A stretch of DNA of 42,702 nt, from positions 1 to 42,702 of the IMG/VR virus record IMGVR_UViG_3300045988_133767; one strand, 5' to 3'. The position numbers and the translations under genes are program-made. Each line of letters starts with the position of its first letter. The first letter of the stretch is position 1. The stretch is from a virus. The notes beneath the pieces were generated by a model. That model searched no databases and had not been told where the DNA came from. It saw only the letters and a program-made list of their open reading frames with translations. Below are positions 24,032 to 32,055 of this stretch, in pieces.

Positions 24032-24063
24032 AAAAGAGGGACTTAGAATTAAGTCCCTCTTTT
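24031..24063. terminator. bidirectional rho-independent terminator
   Basis: The 10-bp stem is AGAGGGACTT / AAGTCCCTCT, flanked by an A-run and a T-run. It overlaps the cI stop codon. Confidence 0.75.
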
Positions 24064-24378
24064 CATGCTTATTACAAGCCTTATTATATTGTTAAATTCT
24101 TCATCAGATAATTGGTCTGCTAGCTGAAGTGCTTGCTTTTGCTTTTCTGTTAGATCTTCAATAGGTTTTTTATTTTCATTAATCCCTAACAAATAATCAA
24201 CTGTAACACCGAAAAATTTTGCTAACTTAAACAAAGTATCTGAATCACATTTTCTTCTATTATTCTCCCAGTTGTTTACAGTTTGTTTACTTACGTTCAA
24301 AACTTTCCCCAAATCTTCTTGCGTAATATCTTTTTCCAGTCGCAGTTCTCTTAGTATATCTCCTTGTGTTTTCATCAT
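24049..24378 (-). CDS. CI-like repressor, XRE-family HTH, no peptidase S24 domain
   Basis: The HTH motif is ITQEDLGKVLNVSKQTVNNWEN. The protein is 109 aa. It is divergent from the cro-like gene. Confidence 0.8.
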   Translation of the reverse strand: MMKTQGDILRELRLEKDITQEDLGKVLNVSKQTVNNWENNRRKCDSDTLFKLAKFFGVTVDYLLGINENKKPIEDLTEKQKQALQLADQLSDEEFNNIIRLVISMKRGT

Positions 24379-24538
24379 GTTTTTCCTTCTTTCTCACTCA
24401 TTTCCCTCTATATATAATATTCTACTTTTTGAATACTATTCCCTTCATAAATATAAAGTAATTATAACATATTTAATTATACGAATAATTGTTATTTCAA
24501 GAAAGTATAACAAACAGAAAACTTTTTCAGAAAAACTA

Positions 24539-24567
24539 TTGACAAGTACACGTAACGTATATATAAT
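24539..24567 (+). promoter_or_regulatory. early rightward promoter (TTGACA-N17-TATAAT) with an imperfect palindrome in the spacer
   Basis: TTGACA lies at 24539-24544 and TATAAT at 24562-24567. The spacer TACACGTAACGTATA matches its reverse complement at 12 of 15 positions. Confidence 0.7.
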
Positions 24568-24599
24568 GAAAGTATAAATTAAATCAAGGAGGTGTAAGA

Positions 24600-24842
24600 A
24601 TGAACTTGACGAATTTAAAAATATACAGAAATGTATATGGTTACACTCAAGAAGATTTAGCAAAAGTATTAGGAGTAACTAAAACAAGTTATGCAAATAA
24701 AGAAACAGGAAGAAGAAAAATAACATTAACCGAAGCTAAGACGATGGCTGATTTATTTGACGTCAGCATAGAAGAACTTTTTTTTAGTCACGAAGTCCAC
24801 ATAAAGGATACTCAAGCAAGAAAAGTATGCAGTAATTTATAA
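24600..24842 (+). CDS. Cro-like XRE-family HTH regulator
   Basis: RBS AAGGAGGTG is present. The HTH motif is YTQEDLAKVLGVTKTSYANKE. It is the first gene of the rightward operon. Confidence 0.8.
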   Translation: MNLTNLKIYRNVYGYTQEDLAKVLGVTKTSYANKETGRRKITLTEAKTMADLFDVSIEELFFSHEVHIKDTQARKVCSNL

Positions 24843-24860
24843 TAAAAGGAGATGAAATGT

Positions 24861-25664
24861 ATGGATTACATAAACGAAATGAATAACTTAGTTCAAAATT
24901 TAGAAGTATTCGAAAATGAAGAATTTGGACCAGTAAGAGCAACAACTATAAACAATGAACCTTGGTTTGTTGGAAAAGATATAGCAAGTATATTAGGGTA
25001 TGCAAAACCACAAAATGCAATAGCAAATCATGTAGATGAAGATGATACCCTAAAACAGGGCATCATAGATAAATTGGGAAGAAGTCAGCAAACAACATTA
25101 ATAAATGAATCTGGATTATACAGTTTAATTTTAAGTAGTAAATTACCAAATGCAAAGAAATTTAAACGTTGGGTAACAAGCGACGTACTACCTTCTATTA
25201 GAAAAACTGGAGGATATATACCACACGATGAAAATATGAGTGATGACGAAATAATGGCAAGGGCATTATTAGTAGCACAAAAGACAATAGAAGAAAAAAG
25301 CAAGCTACTTCAACAAGCTAAAGAAACTATAGAGGATATGAAACCTAAAGCTTTAGTTGGCGAATGTTTAGAAGTTTCAAAAGATTCTATTTTAGTTAGA
25401 GAATTAGCTAAAATATTAAAACAGAATGGAATAGATATAGGGCAAAATAGATTATTTGAATGGCTAAGAGATAACGGCTACTTAATAAAAACAGGTAGCG
25501 ATAAGAATATGCCAACACAAAGAGCAATGAACATGAAACTATTTGAAGTTAAGCATACTAACATGATCTGCAATGGAGAAACAAAAATAAGAAAAACAAC
25601 TATGGTTACTGGCAAAGGTATAAATTATTTCATTAATAAGTTTGTTAGCTTAGAAGTTATATAA
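24861..25664 (+). CDS. antirepressor (Bro-N domain plus KilAC/ANT C-terminal domain)
   Basis: The Bro-N motif is FENEEFGPVRATTINNEPWFVGKDIASILGY. The C-terminal region LVRELAKILKQNGIDIGQNRLFEWLRDNGYL is KilAC-like. ATG 24861 lies 9 nt after AAGGAG. Confidence 0.8.
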   Translation: MDYINEMNNLVQNLEVFENEEFGPVRATTINNEPWFVGKDIASILGYAKPQNAIANHVDEDDTLKQGIIDKLGRSQQTTLINESGLYSLILSSKLPNAKKFKRWVTSDVLPSIRKTGGYIPHDENMSDDEIMARALLVAQKTIEEKSKLLQQAKETIEDMKPKALVGECLEVSKDSILVRELAKILKQNGIDIGQNRLFEWLRDNGYLIKTGSDKNMPTQRAMNMKLFEVKHTNMICNGETKIRKTTMVTGKGINYFINKFVSLEVI

Positions 25665-25680
25665 ATTGGAGGTAATTAGC

Positions 25681-25884
25681 ATGGCAGTATATACAGGAAC
25701 AGAACACTTCATAAAAAAAGAAGTAGAAGCAGTATCAGACATATTAAGAGCCAGAGGTTTTAGAGAAGAATGGAGCATCATAACTCCATACCAAGCAGAA
25801 ATAAAGATGTTTCACGTGTTACAAAACAAGTTTGCACTACTTAGAAAACAAGGCAATAACACAGTAGTTGATTATAGCAGATAG
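25681..25884 (+). CDS. hypothetical protein
   Basis: RBS GGAGG precedes ATG 25681. It belongs to the tightly packed early operon. Confidence 0.5.
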   Translation: MAVYTGTEHFIKKEVEAVSDILRARGFREEWSIITPYQAEIKMFHVLQNKFALLRKQGNNTVVDYSR

Positions 25885-25892
25885 GAGGCATC

Positions 25893-25976
25893 ATGTTAGC
25901 AAAATACATAGCAGCAGTAATCATATTTAACATAGGCTTCTTTTTAGGGGCTTGGTGGCACAGCATACATAATTAG
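25893..25976 (+). CDS. small hydrophobic peptide (27 aa)
   Basis: RBS AGGAGG lies 5 nt upstream of the ATG. The product is MLAKYIAAVIIFNIGFFLGAWWHSIHN. It fills the gap between neighbouring genes. Confidence 0.4.
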   Translation: MLAKYIAAVIIFNIGFFLGAWWHSIHN

Positions 25977-25988
25977 GGGGGTGAAAGT

Positions 25989-26315
25989 ATGGCAAGTGAA
26001 TTTGAAAAGATGTTAGTAAGAAACATGGACCAAAGTGAACTACTTCAAACAATATCAGAAAGAATTGACTTAGTTGATATCGTTGAAAAATTTCGTTATA
26101 GCGAAGACTATGCACCATGTGAATATCTAACAATAGAACAATTACAGGAGTATCTACATTGTGGCCGTAACTATGCTTTACAGGTAGCAAGATATGGACT
26201 TAGCACAGGAGAATACACAGTAAATCATATGGGGAGAAAGTATCTAGTAGACAGAATAAGTTATGACAAATATGTCAAAAGAAAACTAGGAAAGTCTTTA
26301 AAGGAGGTACTATAA
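25989..26315 (+). CDS. hypothetical protein, possible HTH DNA-binding
   Basis: 108 aa with RBS GGGGGGTG. The segment LTIEQLQEYLHCGRNYALQVARYG resembles an excisionase or MerR-type HTH, but the match is weak. Confidence 0.5.
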   Translation: MASEFEKMLVRNMDQSELLQTISERIDLVDIVEKFRYSEDYAPCEYLTIEQLQEYLHCGRNYALQVARYGLSTGEYTVNHMGRKYLVDRISYDKYVKRKLGKSLKEVL

Positions 26316-26591
26316 ATGACAAATCAAGAGTTCAGAGTAAAAACATTAGGTTTATTCGCTAAAGCAGAATTTATAAATGAAAATATAGATTTTGCTAAAG
26401 CTGAAATTAACTTATCTTTACAAACCAGTAAAGGTGAAAACTACTACATCATTTCAATATCAATATACGAATACAACACAAAAGTACACTACATCACATT
26501 TACAAGTGCAGCTTACAATGCACTAGACCTATTAAGAGATATATCAGACCTATTAGACAACTATATAGAAGGCATAAGGGAGGTGATATAA
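26316..26591 (+). CDS. hypothetical protein
   Basis: Translationally coupled to the upstream gene (TAAATG). 91 aa. Confidence 0.5.
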   Translation: MTNQEFRVKTLGLFAKAEFINENIDFAKAEINLSLQTSKGENYYIISISIYEYNTKVHYITFTSAAYNALDLLRDISDLLDNYIEGIREVI

Positions 26592-26792
26592 ATGACTATT
26601 ACCTGTTCGCCAGAATACCTAAATAGAGCAGCAAAAGATTATCCAGAGTTTACATTTTTAGAATACATAGCAATGTTACAAACTGGAAGATTAACAGAAG
26701 AACAAGAAGAAATGACATTAGAAGAAGCAAGAGAATTTGCACAAATGGAAAGAGACAGAATAGATCTAGAATATGACATGACACATCAATAA
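26592..26792 (+). CDS. hypothetical acidic protein
   Basis: Translationally coupled to the upstream gene (TAAATG). 66 aa. Confidence 0.5.
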   Translation: MTITCSPEYLNRAAKDYPEFTFLEYIAMLQTGRLTEEQEEMTLEEAREFAQMERDRIDLEYDMTHQ

Positions 26793-26902
26793 AAAGAAAA
26801 GTACCTCTCTAATGGTGACTAGGGAGGTACAAAAGACATATAATAAGTGTTCATTTATTAACGTTTAATTAATTATAACATAAGCAAAGGGGAACTCGGA
26901 AG

Positions 26903-27202
26903 ATGAAAATTCAATTAAAATCAGAAGGAGTTAAAGAATCTGACATAAAAACACTAGAACAAAGATTATTCCTAGTTAGACTTTCTAGAAGTTCAGATGA
27001 TTTAGGCAAACTAGGATTTATAGAAGGGGCTGAATTTGCTCTAAGAAATAGAAAATTTATGACATTAGATATATTTAAAGAACACTATAAAGACACATTA
27101 AAACAAATAGGAAATAGAAAACATGATAGTTACGAAAGCAGTTTATTATATGCTTTACGACTTAATATAGAAGAATTAGAGATGAACAAGGAAGGTGAAT
27201 AA
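26903..27202 (+). CDS. hypothetical protein
   Basis: 99 aa with RBS AAAGGGGAA. Confidence 0.5.
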   Translation: MKIQLKSEGVKESDIKTLEQRLFLVRLSRSSDDLGKLGFIEGAEFALRNRKFMTLDIFKEHYKDTLKQIGNRKHDSYESSLLYALRLNIEELEMNKEGE

Positions 27203-27203
27203 C

Positions 27204-27857
27204 ATGAACTTGCATCAAAAGCTAGTAGAAATAAGAAAAAATATCAAAGGCTTTTCAAAAGACACTAAAGGATATGACTATATATTTGTAAGTGGGACTC
27301 AAATTTTAAGAGCTATTAAAGATAAAATGGACGAGCTAGGAGTGTTATTAGTACCAGAGATAGATTATAGTACATTTCATTGGGAAAAACATGAATATGT
27401 AACAGCAAAAGGAAAAGAAAAATTAGATTTTATAGTTACTGCAAAAATGACATACACATGGATTAATGCCGAAGAACCAACAGATAAATTGGTAGTTCCT
27501 TGGGTTTGTATTGGACAACAAACAGATGATATAAGCAAAGCTATGGGGACAGCACTAACATACAACGAAAGATACTTTCTATTGAAGTTCTTAGGAATAC
27601 CAACAGATGAAGATGATGCTGATTCTAAACCACCAACTGAAGCACAAAGAAGTTATAGCAATAATTATAATTCTAAAAAATTATCGGACAAGCAGTTAGC
27701 TAGATTATATGCACTAGCTAACAAAGCTGGAGTAGATAAAGATTTAGTTAAGCAACAAGTATTTAAAAAATTTAACAAAGAAGTAAAAGACCTAAATAAA
27801 CAAGAATATGATTTGGTTTGTAATGGCTATGAAAAAGCTGCAGAAAAAACAGCATAG
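27204..27857 (+). CDS. erf: ERF-family single-strand annealing recombinase
   Basis: The N-terminus LHQKLVEIRKNIKGFSKDTKG..YDYIFVSGTQILRAIKDKMDELGVLL is typical of Erf. ATG 27204 is preceded by AAGGAAGGTG. Confidence 0.7.
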   Translation: MNLHQKLVEIRKNIKGFSKDTKGYDYIFVSGTQILRAIKDKMDELGVLLVPEIDYSTFHWEKHEYVTAKGKEKLDFIVTAKMTYTWINAEEPTDKLVVPWVCIGQQTDDISKAMGTALTYNERYFLLKFLGIPTDEDDADSKPPTEAQRSYSNNYNSKKLSDKQLARLYALANKAGVDKDLVKQQVFKKFNKEVKDLNKQEYDLVCNGYEKAAEKTA

Positions 27858-27867
27858 AGGTGAGCAA

Positions 27868-28470
27868 ATGAAAGAAATATGGAAAGATATTAAGGACTAT
27901 GAAGGATTATATCAAGTTAGTAACTTAGGGAGAGTAAAATCTTTACCTAGAAAGAGAATAACACCGACTAAAGGTATTTATTATTCAGCAGAAAAAATAC
28001 TAAAACCAGATGAAACAGGGCATGGGTATCTACAAGTTACTTTGTGTAGAGATAGCAAGCTAAAAAAATGCCTTATACATAGATTAGTAGCACAGGCATT
28101 TATACCGAATCTTAATAATTACCCAGAAGTTAACCATAAAGACGAAAATAAAATTAATAATGTATTAGAAAATCTCGAATGGTGCACTTCAAAATATAAT
28201 GCAAATTATGGGACTAGAAAAGAACGACTTAAAGAGAAAAGTATCGACAAACCAGGGAAGGGAGTAATTTGTATTACTACTGGAGAAGTTTTCAAGACAT
28301 TATCAAAAGCATCAAAAGCTACCAAAACAGATGCATCTGATATAAGTAGATGTTGTAAGGGAAAAAGAAAAACAGCTGGTAAACATCTAGTAACAGGCGA
28401 AAAGCTTACTTGGAAGTTTTTACAAGAGGATAACGGACAAATAGAAGGACAGCAAGTAATGGATATGTAG
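27868..28470 (+). CDS. free-standing HNH homing endonuclease (NUMOD4 + HNH_3 + NUMOD1-like)
   Basis: The NUMOD4 segment is WKDIKDYEGLYQVSNLGRVKSL. The HNH_3 segment is HRLVAQAFIPN...EVNHKDENKINNVLENLEW. The C-terminal HTH-like tail is FKTLSKASKATKTDASDISRCCKG. Confidence 0.85.
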   Translation: MKEIWKDIKDYEGLYQVSNLGRVKSLPRKRITPTKGIYYSAEKILKPDETGHGYLQVTLCRDSKLKKCLIHRLVAQAFIPNLNNYPEVNHKDENKINNVLENLEWCTSKYNANYGTRKERLKEKSIDKPGKGVICITTGEVFKTLSKASKATKTDASDISRCCKGKRKTAGKHLVTGEKLTWKFLQEDNGQIEGQQVMDM

Positions 28471-28525
28471 CTAGGTTGGGGAGCAATCCCCTTCCTAGAA
28501 AAGTAATAAATAAGGAGGCTTAGTA

Positions 28526-29413
28526 ATGAGCGACAATCAAAAATATTATTATCTAAAATTAGTAGATAATTTCTTTGACAGAGATGAAATGATAATACTT
28601 GAAAGTATGCCAGATGGTTATTTATATTCAAACATACTTTTAAAACTTTATCTTAGAAGTTTAAAAAATACAGGGAAATTAATGTTTAATGACAGAATAC
28701 CATATAATTCAACAATGCTTGCTAATGTTACTAGGCATCCAGTAGCAGTAGTAGAAAAAGCAGTCGATATATTTAGACAATTAGGATTAGTAGAAATACT
28801 AGACAATGGAGCTATCTATATGCTAGATATTCAAGACTTTATAGGTAAAAGTTCTACAGAAGCAGATAGAAAAAGAAATTACAGAAGAAGAATTGATGAA
28901 GAAAAGAAACAGTTATCAGAAGGAAAAGGGCAAACAACAGGACAAATGTCCCAACAATCGTCCGAAAGTACAGGACAAATGTCCGACCAAATCTCCACCA
29001 TAATTAGAGATAGAGATAGAGATAGAGATAGAGATAGACCTACATATATAGAGATAGATGAAAATTCAAATGGTAAGTTGGTAGGTAATGATTTAAAAGA
29101 ATTTACTAATCTATTTGAAAAAAATATAGGGACAGTAAATCAATTAATAGCTCAATGGCTTATAGAAATGACGGAAACTATAGATTATCCGTTGTTTAAA
29201 AGAGGAGTTGAAATATGTACTGAAAAGAGTAAAACTAACTGGGGTTACTTGAAAGGCATAATAAACAACTGGACCAATAAAAATATATACACTATGGAAC
29301 AATTACAAGCATACAAATTGCAACAAGAACAAAACAAACCTAGACAACAAGATGAATTAAATAAACAGGATCTAGATTTTCTAGACAAAATAGATGAAAA
29401 ATTCGGATTATAA
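28526..29413 (+). CDS. replisome organizer / DnaD-domain replication initiation protein
   Basis: The N-terminus YYYLKLVDNFFDRDEMIILESMPDGYLYSNILLKLYL is phage-replisome-organizer-like. The C-terminus is DnaD-like (NWGYLKGIINNWTNKNI). Confidence 0.8.
   Translation: MSDNQKYYYLKLVDNFFDRDEMIILESMPDGYLYSNILLKLYLRSLKNTGKLMFNDRIPYNSTMLANVTRHPVAVVEKAVDIFRQLGLVEILDNGAIYMLDIQDFIGKSSTEADRKRNYRRRIDEEKKQLSEGKGQTTGQMSQQSSESTGQMSDQISTIIRDRDRDRDRDRPTYIEIDENSNGKLVGNDLKEFTNLFEKNIGTVNQLIAQWLIEMTETIDYPLFKRGVEICTEKSKTNWGYLKGIINNWTNKNIYTMEQLQAYKLQQEQNKPRQQDELNKQDLDFLDKIDEKFGL
28937..29038. repeat. iteron-like repeats inside the replisome organizer gene
   Basis: ACAGGACAAATGTCC occurs twice (28937-28951 and 28970-28984), and each copy contains the palindrome GGACAAATGTCC. 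An (AGAGAT) tandem tract of about 5.5 copies follows at 29006-29038 and encodes RDRDRDRDRDR. Confidence 0.85.
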
Positions 29414-29426
29414 GGAGATGAATAAA

Positions 29427-30173
29427 ATGGATGCAGTTTTATTGGATAGATTAAAAGCTACTTTGGAAAAACATGCTCCAGAACCAGCAAAATATGATTG
29501 TCCTAAATGTGAAGATAGAGGATATATTTTTAAAATACAAGATGGATATGAAGTGGCTGTGCCTTGTAGCTGTTTAGAAAAAAGACAAAGTATCGAAAAA
29601 TTAGCCTTAAGCAACCTTACAGAGGTTTTTAGACAAAAGACGATTAATTCCTTTAAAACTAACAAGGAATGGCAAATAAAGGCAAAGAACGAGGTTTTAC
29701 GATATGTTAATGACTTCTTAAAAAAAGAAACTAATGCTAGTTTAATATTGTGTGGAAATCCTGGAAGTGGAAAGACACATCTAGGAATCGGGGCCATGTT
29801 AGAACTTATAAATAACAATGTTGGGTGTGTGTATAAAGAGTATATATCAATGCTGACTAATCTAAAACAAGTTATCAATGAAGAAGAAGAGTTTATCAGA
29901 GAATTAGAAAAATATATAAATCCAAGAGTTCTATTTTTAGATGATTTTCTAAAGGGAGAAGTTACATCAGCAGACCGAAAATACATATATAAAGTCATAA
30001 ACACTCGATATTTAAAAGGTAAACCAATGATTATATCAACTGAGAAAAGCATAAAGGAAATATTAATGTTTGATGAGGCTGTTGGTTCACGAATTGTCGA
30101 AATGGCTCAAAATAATATAATAACATTCCCTAGAGGAATAGAAAACAACTATAGATTAAGAAATATCATATAA
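29427..30173 (+). CDS. DnaC/IstB-like AAA+ helicase loader
   Basis: Walker A is GNPGSGKTHL and Walker B is VLFLDDF. ATG 29427 lies 9 nt after AAGGAG. Confidence 0.8.
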   Translation: MDAVLLDRLKATLEKHAPEPAKYDCPKCEDRGYIFKIQDGYEVAVPCSCLEKRQSIEKLALSNLTEVFRQKTINSFKTNKEWQIKAKNEVLRYVNDFLKKETNASLILCGNPGSGKTHLGIGAMLELINNNVGCVYKEYISMLTNLKQVINEEEEFIRELEKYINPRVLFLDDFLKGEVTSADRKYIYKVINTRYLKGKPMIISTEKSIKEILMFDEAVGSRIVEMAQNNIITFPRGIENNYRLRNII

Positions 30174-30180
30174 AACAAAA

Positions 30181-30205
30181 GATAGAAGGTGATTAACCTT
30201 CTATC
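30181..30205. terminator. hairpin terminator shared by convergent genes
   Basis: The 9-bp stem is GATAGAAGG / CCTTCTATC with loop TGATTAA. It contains the stop codon of the minus-strand RHH gene. Confidence 0.55.
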
Positions 30206-30330
30206 GATTTTAAAAAGTCTTTCAGTATTTTGTTTATCTGGCTTGATATAGTTCTATCTTCTTCGGAAGCGTATTGTTTTAGTTTTTCTAAAACTTCTTC
30301 ATCTAGAGTTATAGCAATTTTCTTTTTCAT
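30193..30330 (-). CDS. ribbon-helix-helix (CopG/Arc/Mnt-like) DNA-binding protein, 45 aa
   Basis: On the minus strand, RBS AGAGGTG precedes the ATG. The product is MKKKIAITLDEEVLEKLKQYASEEDRTISSQINKILKDFLKSIEG, a typical RHH pattern with an N-terminal beta-strand followed by two helices. It is below the ORF-track size cutoff. An extended -10 element TGATATAAT lies on the minus strand at 30350-30358. Confidence 0.7.
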   Translation of the reverse strand: MKKKIAITLDEEVLEKLKQYASEEDRTISSQINKILKDFLKSIEG

Positions 30331-30388
30331 AATATCACCTCTTAGTGGTATTATATCATGATTTTACATAAAAATAAATCTAAAATAC

Positions 30389-30418
30389 TTGATAAAGTAT
30401 GACAGAGTATGATAAAAT
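30389..30418 (+). promoter_or_regulatory. promoter for the antA operon (TTGATA-N15-TGATAAAAT, extended -10) with direct repeats in the spacer
   Basis: TTGATA lies at 30389-30394 and TGaTAAAAT at 30410-18. AGTATGA occurs at 30396-30402 and 30406-30412, spaced 10 bp apart. Confidence 0.55.
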
Positions 30419-30473
30419 AATACTATCAACAAGGATGGACGGAAATAAAAATAATACAAAGGGAGCTGAGGGC

Positions 30474-31091
30474 ATGGATACTTTAATTAGAATTGAAAAC
30501 GGAGAACAATTAGTATCAGCTAGATATTTACATGAAGCATTAGAAAGTAAAGAAAGATTTAGTAAATGGTTTGATAGAATGTTAAGTTATGGTTTCGAAA
30601 AAAATGTAGATTTTGTGGTGTGTACTAAAAAGTACGCAGCAAATCAATATGGTGGAGAAAAAGAATTAGACGACTATGCTTTGAAACTAGACATGGCTAA
30701 GGAAATATGTATGATACAAAGAAGCGAAAAAGGTAGAGAATTTAGAAAATATTTCATTGAAGTAGAAAAAGCTTATAGAGATTTACAATTCAGAATAGGC
30801 GATAAAAAACATCAACTTGAATGTATGGAGCTATTACAAAGTTATCTTCCAGAAAAACTAAAACAAGAGAAAGTATCTTACATTAAAGCAAATACAGTAG
30901 TAAATAAATGTGTTAGTGATTACTTTGGATTCCCTAAAATGTTAAAGAAAGCTGAAATGAATAACGAAATGCTTATAGTTAGAGAAAATGTATTAGATGA
31001 TTATTTAAAATTATTTGAAGTATTACAAGATAATGGGGAAGTTAAGGATGCATTATATAAAAAATATAGTAAGAAAGTATTAGCGGGATAA
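30474..31091 (+). CDS. AntA/AntB-type antirepressor-like protein
   Basis: From ATG 30474 the product reads MDTLIRIENGEQLVSARYLHEALESKERFSKWFDRMLSYGFEKNVDF, which is AntA-domain-like. The RBS is GGGAGCTGAGGG. Confidence 0.65.
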   Translation: MDTLIRIENGEQLVSARYLHEALESKERFSKWFDRMLSYGFEKNVDFVVCTKKYAANQYGGEKELDDYALKLDMAKEICMIQRSEKGREFRKYFIEVEKAYRDLQFRIGDKKHQLECMELLQSYLPEKLKQEKVSYIKANTVVNKCVSDYFGFPKMLKKAEMNNEMLIVRENVLDDYLKLFEVLQDNGEVKDALYKKYSKKVLAG

Positions 31092-31112
31092 CTTACAAAG
31101 GGAGGAATAATT

Positions 31113-31646
31113 ATGAGCAACAAACCAGTAACAGACTTAGAACGAAAAAAGATAAAGAGATTATACAATAAAGGATTAAGCATACTAAACATCTCTTATG
31201 AGTTAAATAGAAATAAAAATACTATAAAAAAATATGTAAAAGAAATGGGACTTGTTAGAGAAATTCCAGACCTAACTGAACAAGTATTTGGCAAACTTAC
31301 AGTAATAGAATTAGATCAAGAATCAAGTGGTAGAAGAAAATGGATATGTAAGTGTAGCTGCGGAAATACAGTATCCGTCAGAGAATACAACTTGAAATCT
31401 GGAAACACAAAATCATGTGGATGCACTAGAAAAGAAAAATCATCAGTGAGAAATCTGAATGTAAAGCAAGTTAAAACTAGAGATAATCAAGGTGGAGTTT
31501 ACTATTTTCAACCAGGAGAAATAATTTTAAAAGGCAATTACGAAAGCAAGGGCAGTAAAGTAAAAGAATATAAACTAAGTCCTGAAGAACTAGCAGCTTA
31601 TTTAAAAGAACTAGAAACAAAAAAAGTAAAGAGAAGAGGTGAATAG
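31113..31646 (+). CDS. hypothetical DNA-binding protein (N-terminal HTH, central Cys cluster)
   Basis: The HTH-like segment is KRLYNKGLSILNISYELNRNKNTIKKYVKEMG. The Cys cluster is CKCSCGN...SCGC. Confidence 0.5.
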   Translation: MSNKPVTDLERKKIKRLYNKGLSILNISYELNRNKNTIKKYVKEMGLVREIPDLTEQVFGKLTVIELDQESSGRRKWICKCSCGNTVSVREYNLKSGNTKSCGCTRKEKSSVRNLNVKQVKTRDNQGGVYYFQPGEIILKGNYESKGSKVKEYKLSPEELAAYLKELETKKVKRRGE

Positions 31647-31648
31647 CA

Positions 31649-32047
31649 ATGAGTGAAAATATAATCACAGTAAAAAATATAAAAACTGGAGAAGTATTAG
31701 AATTTACAGGCCAAAATGCAGTAGCGAAGTATCTTACAGGTGTATATGGCAAGAAAATATACGCTGGAGCTGTAGCATCAGCTATAAGACAAGAAAAACC
31801 TTATAAAAATACATGGGAAATAAATTTCATTAAAAACGCTAATAAAAAAATATGTGAGTATTGTGGCAAAGAATATACAAGTAATAGAGCAAATCAAAGA
31901 TTTTGTAGTAATACTTGTAGAGAAGAATATCGCGCAGAAGAAAAAAGAGGACCAGCGATAAACAGTGAGGCGAAAATAACAAAAGACAAAGAAATATTAG
32001 TACATAAATTAGTAACAATGTTAGAGCCATACAGAACAGCAAAATAG
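31649..32047 (+). CDS. hypothetical protein with a zinc-ribbon motif
   Basis: The motif CEYCGKEYTSNRANQRFCSNTCREEY has the same pattern as CKNCGKSFTD...FCSTECFNEY in the intron-encoded HNH protein. Confidence 0.5.
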   Translation: MSENIITVKNIKTGEVLEFTGQNAVAKYLTGVYGKKIYAGAVASAIRQEKPYKNTWEINFIKNANKKICEYCGKEYTSNRANQRFCSNTCREEYRAEEKRGPAINSEAKITKDKEILVHKLVTMLEPYRTAK

Positions 32048-32055
32048 GAGGGAAT

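Noticed and set aside
24272-24663. ORFs 24272..24577 (+) and 24445..24663 (-) in the genetic switch region.
   Set aside because: They overlap cI, cro and the intergenic promoter/operator region. They have no RBS, and this function is already explained by the divergent HTH genes.
26801-26834. The hairpin GTACCTC...GAGGTAC after ORF 26592..26792, considered as a + strand terminator.
   Set aside because: No T-tract follows on the + strand. Only the minus-strand context is T-rich, and no minus-strand gene ends here. It is left unannotated.
29408-30052. A 214-aa minus-strand ORF opposite the DnaC-like gene. The same question applies to 28206..28631, 8174..8548, 17952..18314, 2929..3282, 38820..39167, 32067..32396 and other antisense ORFs in the track.
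   Set aside because: They are fully embedded antisense to well-supported genes. They have no RBS and Leu/Ser/Phe/Ile-rich shadow-frame composition.
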